Positions 20,995 to 30,305 of a stretch of 64,000 nucleotides of DNA are shown one piece after another (position 1 is the stretch's first letter; every line of letters begins with the position of its first letter). The notes under the pieces were generated by a model that saw only the letters and a program-made list of their open reading frames with translations, was not told where the DNA came from and did no database searches. The position numbers and the translations under genes are program-made. The DNA comes from a virus: positions 36,172 through 100,171 of IMG/VR virus record IMGVR_UViG_3300028873_000014; one strand, written 5' to 3'.

Positions 20995-22311
20995 TTATAT
21001 AGTCTGTAACTGTATAAAGTTTGCAGATAACGTCAAACAGCTATTTATCAAAGTGGTAAATGGTGTGATCACCGTACCTGTTGGGAAATAGATTGTTATT
21101 GCATACTCATCATTATCTGTAACAGACTGGCTATTATATGGGCGGAATACGTTAAACTTTAGATACAAACTATCGTATAGACCCTGTAGAGCAACATTAG
21201 GCATAACCCAATCATCCTCAATAGTCCTCATCCTTAAGCTACCTACCCATTGGTTATCGGGGAAATCCTCTTGTTTGTACCTATTCCACTCTATTAAGTT
21301 ACGGGCAACTTGCTGACCTATACCACGAACCTGTAAAGGAGCAGTAATCTGTGTCCACATAGTAGGTACTGATGTATCAATAGTAGTGTTTATTACACAA
21401 GGATCAGCAGTTTGTGAGAACAATGAACCTTCTACGTAAAGCGGTTCTATTGTATATAGATCAGTTGGAGAGAAAGTACAAGTCCCAAAAGTGGTCTGTA
21501 CATATGCTACAGTTATCTGTAACCCCGCAACAACAGATATAGGATTAGATGTATTAGGTACATACGCACCTGCATTTAATACAGCAGTCTGTAATGCGGC
21601 GTTACCTGGAGTACCTGGAGGCGGTGTACCATAAGTACCTGCAGTTGCCCTAATCACATCATATGCAGAGAATACTTCTACTGCTGTACCTGCTGATGTT
21701 TGTATGAATACCTGGGGATAGATAAAGCTGGTTTCATAAGGATCTTGTGTAATACCATCCTTCCACTGCAACATTACTGATGCAGCATCCACATTACTGG
21801 TAGTGCAGCCAGAAGTACATCCTGTACCGCAACATCCTGAAAATGCTGTAAATGATTTATAATATTGATGGTTCAGAAACTGGAGAGCAGGAGCACCAAG
21901 TAACTCTAACTGAAATTGATAGGTAGTACCACACTGGAAAGCTGGCCCTACTGTAGAACCAGAGGTAAGATTCCAACCAAATACCGATACCTGATTTTGA
22001 GGTGCCTGTGCTTGGGTATAGATAAAGGCAGTTACCCTGGACCAATCTATGATCTTGGTATAGTCAGGTTCTTGTAAACCCCCCCATAGCGGAGTAATCT
22101 GATCTATTAAATGCCATGACCCAGAAGCAATGATACATGGTGTTAAAGTAGCTGCACTAATTGCAGTACCATAAACTCCTGTTTGCGGGGGGCATGTAAA
22201 TATACCAAGTTGCCCTTTGGTAAGAAGATCTGTAGTTCCTGAAGTTGTGTAGTTAACAGTGTTGCTAACTGGGTTGTTTAACAGGTACGGTTGAAAACTA
22301 TCTGGTAGCAT
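20995..22311 (-). CDS. Auxiliary capsid protein (crAss gene 73-like)
   Basis: 438 aa. Contains GSWHLIDQITPLWGGLQE, FQCGTTYQFQLELLGAPALQFLNHQYY and LRMRTIE; synteny; has its own putative promoter and terminator. Confidence 0.7.
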   Translation of the reverse strand: MLPDSFQPYLLNNPVSNTVNYTTSGTTDLLTKGQLGIFTCPPQTGVYGTAISAATLTPCIIASGSWHLIDQITPLWGGLQEPDYTKIIDWSRVTAFIYTQAQAPQNQVSVFGWNLTSGSTVGPAFQCGTTYQFQLELLGAPALQFLNHQYYKSFTAFSGCCGTGCTSGCTTSNVDAASVMLQWKDGITQDPYETSFIYPQVFIQTSAGTAVEVFSAYDVIRATAGTYGTPPPGTPGNAALQTAVLNAGAYVPNTSNPISVVAGLQITVAYVQTTFGTCTFSPTDLYTIEPLYVEGSLFSQTADPCVINTTIDTSVPTMWTQITAPLQVRGIGQQVARNLIEWNRYKQEDFPDNQWVGSLRMRTIEDDWVMPNVALQGLYDSLYLKFNVFRPYNSQSVTDNDEYAITIYFPTGTVITPFTTLINSCLTLSANFIQLQTI

Positions 22312-22460
22312 GTGTATATTGTTTTAGCTTTCATAAAATTAGTATTAAGTTCTATCCCCGATATGAATAGTTATTGAAAACACCTTACAAATATTCATCC
22401 CATTACTAAAAATAATTCAGTTTTAGTAGTTATCTTTAATTCTTAATCAAGAACATAAAA

Positions 22461-22910
22461 ATGAGAACTAAAGCAAAATATGAAGGAAAGCATTTTGGGC
22501 TGTTAACTGTAATGGAATGTTTAATAGATTCTGATGGTAAGAATAAAGGAGGTGTATGGTTATGTAAATGTAAGTGTGGTGGGACTATCAGTCTTGCAGG
22601 GTATCGTTTACATAATAGAGATAGCTGTGGTTGTCTTACTAAAAAAGCTACTGAGATACGGGCAAAGAATAATAAAAAGCCCCAGGAGGAAAAAGATATC
22701 ACAAAGGCATATAGTAATTACAAAAGAAAAGGTGGAGAACTAACTAAGGAAAAATGGTTAAAAGCTATTAAAAAACCCTGCATCTTTTGTGCAAGCACTT
22801 TACTTAGGACAGATACTACAATATGCAATACCTGTTTCACTATGATGGGAAATCTTTCAGAAAATAAATTCCTGGAACAGGTTAAGATAATAGCGAAAGT
22901 TAGTTGTTAA
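22461..22910 (+). CDS. HNH-type homing-endonuclease-like protein, possibly degenerate
   Basis: GKHFGLLTV...WLCKCKCG...SCGC N-terminal domain and CxxC...CxxC, with a shortened nuclease core. Inserted antisense to the late operon. Confidence 0.6.
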   Translation: MRTKAKYEGKHFGLLTVMECLIDSDGKNKGGVWLCKCKCGGTISLAGYRLHNRDSCGCLTKKATEIRAKNNKKPQEEKDITKAYSNYKRKGGELTKEKWLKAIKKPCIFCASTLLRTDTTICNTCFTMMGNLSENKFLEQVKIIAKVSC

Positions 22911-23607
22911 ACTCAGCATTTTGAGAAAGTACTTGCTTCTTGTTATAGTTATCTAAGTCCATAGAAAGAATAGCAGCAGCATCATCTATGATCAGTTCTA
23001 TAACGTTATCCGGTAATTCACAAAGAACATCTACCGTAGAAGTAGTACCGTCATCAGGATTAGTAGCACCTGCTATTTGTATATGTACAGGTCTGTGATA
23101 GTAAATAACTAATGGGTCTACTATATTAAACTCATCATTGGTCCATATCTTAAAAGTATTCCCCATGACAGTCGAAAAGGTAGTTGCCCATGCGTAGGAA
23201 GGTTGTCTATTAACATCAGGGAGATATGTATCTACATCGGCCTCATTACCTTCATAGATAGTCAACTGTCTTGGGGGGCAAGTATTACAACTATCTTGTG
23301 CACAAGCACTGATTCTGCACCATTCCAGGTAATCAGTAGGGAATAAATCAGACTGCCAGTATAATCCTTTATCGGTAAAGTTACCTGTCCAGGTACTAAG
23401 TAAACATTGCAGATCATCTATTCTTCTGGTAGATGCCTCTGCTCCTGTTTTTGTCTGATTTATTCCCTCTAATTGTCTCCTGACCCATTCATCCATACCT
23501 TTGTTAAAAGCCTCTATTTCCATAAAGGGTTCAAGGTTAGCATAATCGAACGAACTCAATTTGTTCACCCGCTGCTCCAATTTCAGTTGAATGGTCTGGT
23601 TGGTCAT
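22900..23607 (-). CDS. Head-tail ring protein (crAss gene 74-like)
   Basis: RVNKLSSFDYAN, GAEASTRRIDDLQ and YYHRP motifs; synteny. Confidence 0.75.
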   Translation of the reverse strand: MTNQTIQLKLEQRVNKLSSFDYANLEPFMEIEAFNKGMDEWVRRQLEGINQTKTGAEASTRRIDDLQCLLSTWTGNFTDKGLYWQSDLFPTDYLEWCRISACAQDSCNTCPPRQLTIYEGNEADVDTYLPDVNRQPSYAWATTFSTVMGNTFKIWTNDEFNIVDPLVIYYHRPVHIQIAGATNPDDGTTSTVDVLCELPDNVIELIIDDAAAILSMDLDNYNKKQVLSQNAEFNN

Positions 23608-24728
23608 TATTCTCTCCAGTGGCGTTCAACTTCCTTATCTAAACTAAGTTGAACAGATTCATTAAGTTTGTTTTTCAAATATTCTACTATATCTTCTATA
23701 GTCCTTCCCATAGGAACATCCATCTTGAGATAGTATAATTGCCCATCCCCTTTAGGTTCGATAAGATGCATTTCTGTAGCATCTTTAACAATAGCTCTTA
23801 CACGTAATGCGTCTATCGGCATATCGTAGTAATCGAGAAATCTCTGAACAGTTACCCGGGTATCATGTTCTACAGTTTTACCATCCAGGTAATTACACAC
23901 ATCGTCATACATCTGATCTGCAGGAGTATAGTTAGGACCACCTTTCTTGTACATAGATGCCCCCGATGTAGCAGTAAGTTTAGCTATATAAAATAGTTTA
24001 TTCTGGTCATTGGTTAACATGGTGTCCATATACCCGCCAGCCTTATTACGTAGTTTCTTAAACTTCGTTTTGATATCTGAAGTTTCTTCTGGTTGGTCCA
24101 GATAGAAATTATACCCAGGTTCATTAATAGCTATCTGCATAGAGGGGGCTACTAATGATAATCCACCCGCTTCTATAGCATGAAAAATAACAAGATCGTG
24201 AGGATTAGTAAGATCAAGTTCTTTACCATCATTACTGATCTTCAACTCTACTTTATCCCAGTAAGTCTCAATACGATCACCTTTAGCATCAAACTTATCA
24301 GGTCCTGTACTATTAAAAGTAGTTACCTTCTTCCAAAAATCATCTTCCGGAGTACCATACTTTTCAAAACAGGTCTCCTTGGAAACATCATAGTTATTAG
24401 CTATGGTATTTTCCAGGTATGTAACAACCTCACGTATGCTTCTGATCTTTGCTCTTTTTTCAGCATCTGGCAATCTTTGTACCTCTGCAGTTTTTTCATC
24501 AAGACCTGTGATATAGGTTTTGTAACCATTCTTTTCTGTAAGTCCAATGTGGTCATACTGAAATGTACCGGGGAATAATGCTTCCCCATACTTTTCAAGA
24601 CCCATCTTCTCCTCTCCTGATGAATAAGGCTTAATGGCTATACGACCTCTTACCCTATTGATCTTTGGGGCTTTTAACTCTTCTAATTCTAAGTCAGGCA
24701 TAAAGTAATAATTTGGTTTGAAAACCAA
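23607..24728 (-). CDS. crAss gene 75-like conserved structural/assembly protein (likely start 24701)
   Basis: MGLEKYG, YITGLDE and IEAGGLSLVAPS motifs; synteny. Confidence 0.7.
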   Translation of the reverse strand: MVFKPNYYFMPDLELEELKAPKINRVRGRIAIKPYSSGEEKMGLEKYGEALFPGTFQYDHIGLTEKNGYKTYITGLDEKTAEVQRLPDAEKRAKIRSIREVVTYLENTIANNYDVSKETCFEKYGTPEDDFWKKVTTFNSTGPDKFDAKGDRIETYWDKVELKISNDGKELDLTNPHDLVIFHAIEAGGLSLVAPSMQIAINEPGYNFYLDQPEETSDIKTKFKKLRNKAGGYMDTMLTNDQNKLFYIAKLTATSGASMYKKGGPNYTPADQMYDDVCNYLDGKTVEHDTRVTVQRFLDYYDMPIDALRVRAIVKDATEMHLIEPKGDGQLYYLKMDVPMGRTIEDIVEYLKNKLNESVQLSLDKEVERHWRE

Positions 24729-24760
24729 AGGTATAACGGATTATTTTATTATACAACTAT

Positions 24761-25183
24761 TTAAGTTGTTGCTGGTAAAAATAATTGCTGAACATCATCA
24801 ATATATTCATCGATAGTTTTTACACTACCATCAAGAATACTGGTAATCTCTGCAGCAAGATGATGAAGAGCACCATTAAAGATGGTGGCATCACCTACAG
24901 CATTTTTAAGATAAGGAGCAACACGATTAAGTACTGCTATGATCTCATTCAGATAAGTAGTACCATTTGGTAGTAAAGAAGCTATTTCTGTAACAAAAGG
25001 ACTTTCCAGGTCTGCAATAACTACGGGTTCTATAGTAGTTGCATTCTGTACAAGATTAGCAAACTTATCTACTATATTCGTAGCAGATAGAGTAATGTCT
25101 ACAATACCTGTATCTACCTTTTGTTCCAGGTTCGCTAATTCTGTCTTAGCATTAGTAAGGAGTGTTCTGAAATTGATTGACAT
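24761..25183 (-). CDS. Hypothetical helical protein at end of lysis cassette
   Basis: 140-aa ORF with an A-rich leader. Confidence 0.6.
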   Translation of the reverse strand: MSINFRTLLTNAKTELANLEQKVDTGIVDITLSATNIVDKFANLVQNATTIEPVVIADLESPFVTEIASLLPNGTTYLNEIIAVLNRVAPYLKNAVGDATIFNGALHHLAAEITSILDGSVKTIDEYIDDVQQLFLPATT

Positions 25184-25209
25184 ATATTTAATTTTTAAGA
25201 GTTAACTAT

Positions 25210-25794
25210 TTAATTTTTCTTTTTTCTACCCCATACTATCCATCCTAGTAATACCCCCACTAATATGCCACCTACCCATCCTATCCAGGGCACGGAGAAT
25301 AGAGAAACACTTACGGAAGTACTACCTTTAACATCTGTTTTGACATTACTCTTTTTGGCAGAAGATGAATCTATATTAGACCTTTTATGATCATTAATAG
25401 TTATATCCTTTTTATCAAACTGTAATTTAAAGGTTGTGTCACGAACTACCAAGTTAAGAATAAGTTTACCATGATCGTAAATAGCAACTGCAGTTGCATT
25501 TTGTACGTTCTTAACTGCTCTTAGGGGTTTAGAACTATACGTAATTACCCCGGTAGAAATAGTAATAACGTTAGCAGTTGTTGTATCAGAACCGTTAGAA
25601 CCAGTAATACCAACTGTAGTATCTGCAGTCTCCTCTTGTATATGAGTAGCTTTTTGATCATCTACTTTTGCTTCTACAGCCTTTTGTGTATTATCAGTTA
25701 CCGTTGCTGTAACATGGGAACTGTGAGAAAACTTTGCTCCTATGCACCCCGAGAGTAGACATAAGATAACTGAGATGTAGAATAGTTGTTTCAT
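25210..25794 (-). CDS. Lipoprotein, candidate unimolecular spanin
   Basis: Lipobox LLSG|C at the N-terminus and a C-terminal TM helix with basic tail (WIGWVGGILVGVLLGWIVWGRKKKN); near holin-like genes. Confidence 0.65.
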   Translation of the reverse strand: MKQLFYISVILCLLSGCIGAKFSHSSHVTATVTDNTQKAVEAKVDDQKATHIQEETADTTVGITGSNGSDTTTANVITISTGVITYSSKPLRAVKNVQNATAVAIYDHGKLILNLVVRDTTFKLQFDKKDITINDHKRSNIDSSSAKKSNVKTDVKGSTSVSVSLFSVPWIGWVGGILVGVLLGWIVWGRKKKN

Positions 25795-25813
25795 GTTATA
25801 GTTGTTTTGTTTA

Positions 25814-26050
25814 TTATATTATTTTATGTTTTTCCATTTCTGATATAATCATTTCCCACTTTTCTTTACTGTCATATTCGTACAGTATTGTTGCATCCTT
25901 CGTTTGAATCTCAATAGCATAATATGTCCTGTCTACCTGCCATGATTGAAACGATTCTATATCTCTTTTGATAGACATTTGAATTATTCCATCGAATTTT
26001 ATTCGGAATCGATCAAATGTTGTTTCAGAAGTTATCGTCATATCACTCAT
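25814..26050 (-). CDS. Hypothetical protein inserted in lysis cassette
   Basis: 78-aa soluble ORF with ATGA overlap. Confidence 0.55.
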   Translation of the reverse strand: MSDMTITSETTFDRFRIKFDGIIQMSIKRDIESFQSWQVDRTYYAIEIQTKDATILYEYDSKEKWEMIISEMEKHKII

Positions 26051-26328
26051 GGTTGTTTTGTCGGTATAAATTCAATGTCGCCTATGCCGCCGCCAGTTCG
26101 ATAATCATCAAAGTCTGCATCTTGCCAACGTTGATAGTTGTCGCCTTCATCTAAATCCATCTGTGAAAGCTCATTCCATAATTCGCGTTTTTCTACTGGT
26201 ATCATATACCAATGGCAGAAATCATCTTGGCTAAAAAAGTATGCTTGTTTCATGTTGTTTGCCTTATTAATAAGGTCAACATTATTTAATGCCAGTTCTG
26301 AAATAATATCTAGATCGGTGATTTTCAT
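26047..26328 (-). CDS. Hypothetical protein inserted in lysis cassette
   Basis: 93-aa acidic ORF (SQDDFCHWYMIP) with ATGA overlap. Confidence 0.55.
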   Translation of the reverse strand: MKITDLDIISELALNNVDLINKANNMKQAYFFSQDDFCHWYMIPVEKRELWNELSQMDLDEGDNYQRWQDADFDDYRTGGGIGDIEFIPTKQP

Positions 26329-26696
26329 ACTGGTTGTTTTATCTCTAGCGAAGATACATCAGTTTTTGTTACAGTAGTAGTATTGGGGCTATTACCTTTC
26401 CATAAACTAATAACTTGTGCTACAGTAGCTACCCCAAGAAGGAGTAAGATAAATGCAAGAAAGGCATACATATGCCCATCTACAAACTCCTGTTTTTTAA
26501 TAGTGTTGATAATTTCACATGTACAGGTAGTTAAGGTAAATAGAAAAGCACAAAGTCTTTTAGCACTGGGACTATCCCCTTCACTGAGTGCTCTACTTAT
26601 CCAATTCCATTTTGTAAATAAAAAGATAATAGCAACAATACCTGCAATAGCAAGTATGGTATAATCAGCATATACAAAATTATGAGTCGGAGTCAT
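26325..26696 (-). CDS. Holin-like membrane protein
   Basis: Three hydrophobic segments and an LSEGDSPSAKRL motif. Confidence 0.6.
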   Translation of the reverse strand: MTPTHNFVYADYTILAIAGIVAIIFLFTKWNWISRALSEGDSPSAKRLCAFLFTLTTCTCEIINTIKKQEFVDGHMYAFLAFILLLLGVATVAQVISLWKGNSPNTTTVTKTDVSSLEIKQPV

Positions 26697-27048
26697 CTTT
26701 TTTCATATCTAGTTTAAATATCTTACTAACAGCATATCTCCAATCTATGACAGTAACAAAGAGCATAACATCTCTACTGATCAGGGAAGCAAAAGGTACT
26801 ATTATCCCTGGGTTAAAATTAGTGTGTTGAGTACACCATCCCCAAGACAAAAAGCCTATACAGAAAGCTACACAACTTGTACCAAAGACATACCAAAAGC
26901 TGATATGTTTTTTGGTCACTATATCAAACCCAAACTTTCCTAACAGCCCTATAGATACATAAGCTAAAAATGCTCCCCATTTAGACAAAAACTCTAGGAT
27001 TTCTTCGTATGTATCTTTGTGCATTTTATGATTCTGAATACTGTCCAT
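26680..27048 (-). CDS. Holin-like membrane protein
   Basis: 2-3 TM segments with a charged C-terminus. Confidence 0.55.
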   Translation of the reverse strand: MDSIQNHKMHKDTYEEILEFLSKWGAFLAYVSIGLLGKFGFDIVTKKHISFWYVFGTSCVAFCIGFLSWGWCTQHTNFNPGIIVPFASLISRDVMLFVTVIDWRYAVSKIFKLDMKKDDSDS

Positions 27049-27341
27049 AATGTAATTAAAACTCCAAATGTTTTTTCAATCGCATCAAAGTTATATGGAT
27101 TGCCAAGAGCTTCATCAAAGAAGTTATTAAAAGCAAGCCATCCAACCCAAGTCCAGAGAATTATAACATACTGGTTATTTTTTCTACTGTTTGCCCCTAT
27201 AGCCATTAACAAAAACGATAGTGCCTGCATCTTACAGAAGAAATCCCCGAACTCCTTACTGGGAATATGTGGAATCCACCTTGGTATCGTATTAACTAAT
27301 ACACACGTAACTATACAGAAAATATTAATAGTCTGCCGCAT
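26994..27341 (-). CDS. Multi-pass membrane protein (lysis-associated)
   Basis: About four hydrophobic segments in 115 aa. Confidence 0.55.
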   Translation of the reverse strand: MRQTINIFCIVTCVLVNTIPRWIPHIPSKEFGDFFCKMQALSFLLMAIGANSRKNNQYVIILWTWVGWLAFNNFFDEALGNPYNFDAIEKTFGVLITLWTVFRIIKCTKIHTKKS

Positions 27342-27342
27342 T

Positions 27343-27618
27343 TTACCTGATAATAATTGGTCTACCTCCTACAAATGAGTTTCCGGTAATTGTGTATGGA
27401 CCTTGCTGACTAGTAAAACTAGCACTGATATCTCCTGTAGTGGGGAGAATAATAGTACATAACTGTTGATTATTATTACTATCCGTATCTATAAACCACT
27501 GTGGGTTATCCGAAACTAAAGTACTAATGGCAATATTATCAAAAGAAGCATCTCCGCAAGAAGATATAGTATCTGTTGATACATTAACCCCTGGAAAAGA
27601 AACACATTGAATTTGCAT
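27343..27618 (-). CDS. Hypothetical protein
   Basis: 91-aa acidic ORF ending FVGGRPIIIR. Confidence 0.55.
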   Translation of the reverse strand: MQIQCVSFPGVNVSTDTISSCGDASFDNIAISTLVSDNPQWFIDTDSNNNQQLCTIILPTTGDISASFTSQQGPYTITGNSFVGGRPIIIR

Positions 27619-27636
27619 AGTGTGTGATTTTAAAAG

Positions 27637-28548
27637 TTAATAATTATTCGGTAATGATAATAACTCTAAATACTTTTGGTACTTTCTATCCAGATAAACT
27701 GTGGCATCTTTATACAGTAAATTCATTATTTGCATTGCTGGTTTTCCTGTAGAATCCATACTATATAACTCATTTTCTCTTGGGGCTTTCTTTGTATTAG
27801 ATGCACATGTTATACCCGATATCTTTATAAAATTTAAGAACTCGTCTATAGTACTATTATTACCGCTTAACCCTACTTTAGGATAATAGTAAACTTTTGC
27901 ATCAGGTTTATCGTTATTAGCACCTTTGCTATGTGAAAGACCTACCCAACCATCACCATCAACTACCCCTCTCCAAAAATCCCTAGAATATTTTAAAAGA
28001 TCATGAGGGGTTATACTATATGTTTTATTAGAAGTAAACCCTAAATCTTTTAATCTATTATAGAGTTGAGTATCTGCTACTTTTACTCTAAACATCTTAC
28101 CTCCAAAAGTAATCTGCCCCTTTAGTCCTCTATTCTCTTTTTTAGGTGTACAGTCTGTAATATTTAACTGACCTCCTAAAAACTGGTTAAACTTTTCTAA
28201 ATGACCTTTATCTACTTCCGCAAGAGCAACCCCGACTGTTGGTGCTTTTTTTTCAATACTTCCATCTGCATACAGAAAACCTATCCAGTACAGTGATTCA
28301 GGGGTTAGAATATCAAAAGCATCACTTTTGACATATTTTATCCCCATACACAACCTTTGAGCTTCTCCTTTAGTACGAAGTATTCCCATATCTTTAATCT
28401 CTCTTCGTAAAGTACCTCTATCTGTATTCATTCTTTCAGAAACTTGAATAGCAGATAATCCCGATAAATAAAGAGCTTTCATCTCTTGTCTCTGTTCTTC
28501 TGTATATACTGTTCTTTTCATTGAACAAAGATACAAAGAGATTTTCAA
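27637..28548 (-). CDS. Free-standing LAGLIDADG homing endonuclease (likely start 28521)
   Basis: Two motifs, YWIGFLYADG and FWRGVVDGDG, plus an N-terminal HTH. Confidence 0.9.
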   Translation of the reverse strand: MKISLYLCSMKRTVYTEEQRQEMKALYLSGLSAIQVSERMNTDRGTLRREIKDMGILRTKGEAQRLCMGIKYVKSDAFDILTPESLYWIGFLYADGSIEKKAPTVGVALAEVDKGHLEKFNQFLGGQLNITDCTPKKENRGLKGQITFGGKMFRVKVADTQLYNRLKDLGFTSNKTYSITPHDLLKYSRDFWRGVVDGDGWVGLSHSKGANNDKPDAKVYYYPKVGLSGNNSTIDEFLNFIKISGITCASNTKKAPRENELYSMDSTGKPAMQIMNLLYKDATVYLDRKYQKYLELLSLPNNY

Positions 28549-28591
28549 TTTTGTACTATACTTACTTAGTTATTTTTATAGAAATTTTTAA

Positions 28592-28620
28592 AAACACCCT
28601 ACTTATAAGGCAGGGTGTTT
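28592..28620. terminator. Terminator after major capsid gene
   Basis: AAACACCCT...AGGGTGTTT inverted repeat flanked by A/T runs. Confidence 0.75.
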
Positions 28621-28644
28621 GTTTTTTACAAAGATATATATAAA

Positions 28645-30282
28645 TTATCCACCATATGCCTTTTTTGTAACGACATTGTAGGGAACTATCTTGAGTAGCT
28701 TTGTATTGTCTATTACCTGCAGACTCTTGTGATCCATAGTCATACGAACTTTGTACCCGGAGAAGTCACCAGAGCTTTGGAAACCCTTAGTACGTCCCAT
28801 ATAGTCAGTATCACCATTGATATACCTCCACTTAAAATCATCCTCATCACCTGCACGTTTCATTAAGAAGATGTTATCTTCCGGGTTATCTGTAATATCC
28901 CATATGATGTAACAATAAGATGATGTACGATAACCATCTACCCAGGGGTTTTCTATATCATTAGCTAGTACCGGGTCAAGTGCAGGATTAACTACAAATT
29001 TGAGGTTAGCAAGGAAAGGTATTGTATAAGATGTGTAGGCAAAACCAAAGTCCAGGTCAAGTCCTTTACGGGTAATTGCGCCAACTTCGGAAGCATTTAT
29101 GATCAGACCTGAATTGATAGCCATTGTCTTAATAGCATTATTCATCTGGCGCATACCTGCAATACCTGTCTGTACGATCAACTTACGGTCAGGATCTGGA
29201 CCTACAAAGTCCACCCTCCCCCTGAAGAAGTTGTAAACCTGATTCTCAATGATGTTGGGAGTAAATGTGCCGATGTTATATACAGTCTTAAATGCATTAT
29301 CCATCTGCCTCCAAAGACCTACTGTAGTCCTTACCATATCAGGACCATCGGAAGTTGTTCTGCCCCCAAGACCCCACATAAGGTTATTTTCTACATCTTC
29401 TACCATTTTAGTGATAGCTGCTTGTTCTATAGAAGTAACCAGGGTCTTAGTGATCCATCCTTCTTCCATAGCCTTTGCAATTCCTGCCTGTCCTAATCTT
29501 CCTGCAGCATCTGGTATAGATACTATTGAAGGATCACGTTTATCAGTGTCATGAAGCTGCCATATCTCACGCATTGGTATACCCTTGGTTTTTACACCTT
29601 TTGCGTTCATCATAGCTTCTGCACGATTACTTATAGAGTAGGAAGCATTTGCTACACCTCCACCTACGAAGTTGTAGTACTCTCTTATACCTGTACGGGT
29701 AAATACTTCTGAGTAACGTTCCCCATAATCAACTGCCTTAACAGAAGATTTACGGAAGAAAGAAGTTTGTGGAGTAAGGTATTTGTTATCAAGATAAACA
29801 CCGTTATTGTTATTCATCAACCTTACGGTATAAATGAACTCGTTATTACCTAGAGAGATGATCTCATTATCGCATACTCGCATTTCCAAACCTGACATCT
29901 TATCATAAGAGATAATGTCTGTGTAGGAAAAAGCTCTACGATTAAATGCCAACTGGAAAGGTTGACCTGCTAAACCTTTCTTGGTATTAGTAGGGTTTAT
30001 GTCCCTGGTAATGTGGGGCATATCATTAATGATAGGGGAACTCCAGGTATACCGGCCCATTGGATCTTGTACTGTCTTTATGTTCTTGCCCCCGAAAGAA
30101 GACATGAGGTATAGGGGGGTTGCTGTCTGCTGCATCTGAGACCAGTACTCTATGATACCAAGATCATCAGGTTTAGCATTTTGCATAATATTGTACAGGT
30201 GATAACTGTCAATATTAGCTCCGAGATCATAGACCTTATCACGGAAGAATACCGAATTTAAATTTTGGGACGGCGTTGCCAT
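28645..30282 (-). CDS. Major capsid protein (crAss-like)
   Basis: 545 aa with IDSYHL, YGERYS, LMWGLGG, GLWRQMDN, VQTGIAGM and FVVNPALD; order portal-scaffold-MCP. Confidence 0.9.
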   Translation of the reverse strand: MATPSQNLNSVFFRDKVYDLGANIDSYHLYNIMQNAKPDDLGIIEYWSQMQQTATPLYLMSSFGGKNIKTVQDPMGRYTWSSPIINDMPHITRDINPTNTKKGLAGQPFQLAFNRRAFSYTDIISYDKMSGLEMRVCDNEIISLGNNEFIYTVRLMNNNNGVYLDNKYLTPQTSFFRKSSVKAVDYGERYSEVFTRTGIREYYNFVGGGVANASYSISNRAEAMMNAKGVKTKGIPMREIWQLHDTDKRDPSIVSIPDAAGRLGQAGIAKAMEEGWITKTLVTSIEQAAITKMVEDVENNLMWGLGGRTTSDGPDMVRTTVGLWRQMDNAFKTVYNIGTFTPNIIENQVYNFFRGRVDFVGPDPDRKLIVQTGIAGMRQMNNAIKTMAINSGLIINASEVGAITRKGLDLDFGFAYTSYTIPFLANLKFVVNPALDPVLANDIENPWVDGYRTSSYCYIIWDITDNPEDNIFLMKRAGDEDDFKWRYINGDTDYMGRTKGFQSSGDFSGYKVRMTMDHKSLQVIDNTKLLKIVPYNVVTKKAYGG

Positions 30283-30305
30283 TTTTATATATATTTAAGT
30301 TGTGA

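Noticed and set aside
28645-28662. MCP C-terminal GG as a ubiquitin-like conjugation signal
   Set aside because: No E1/E2/JAB genes are in the window; coincidence or the cargo-type motif explains it equally well.
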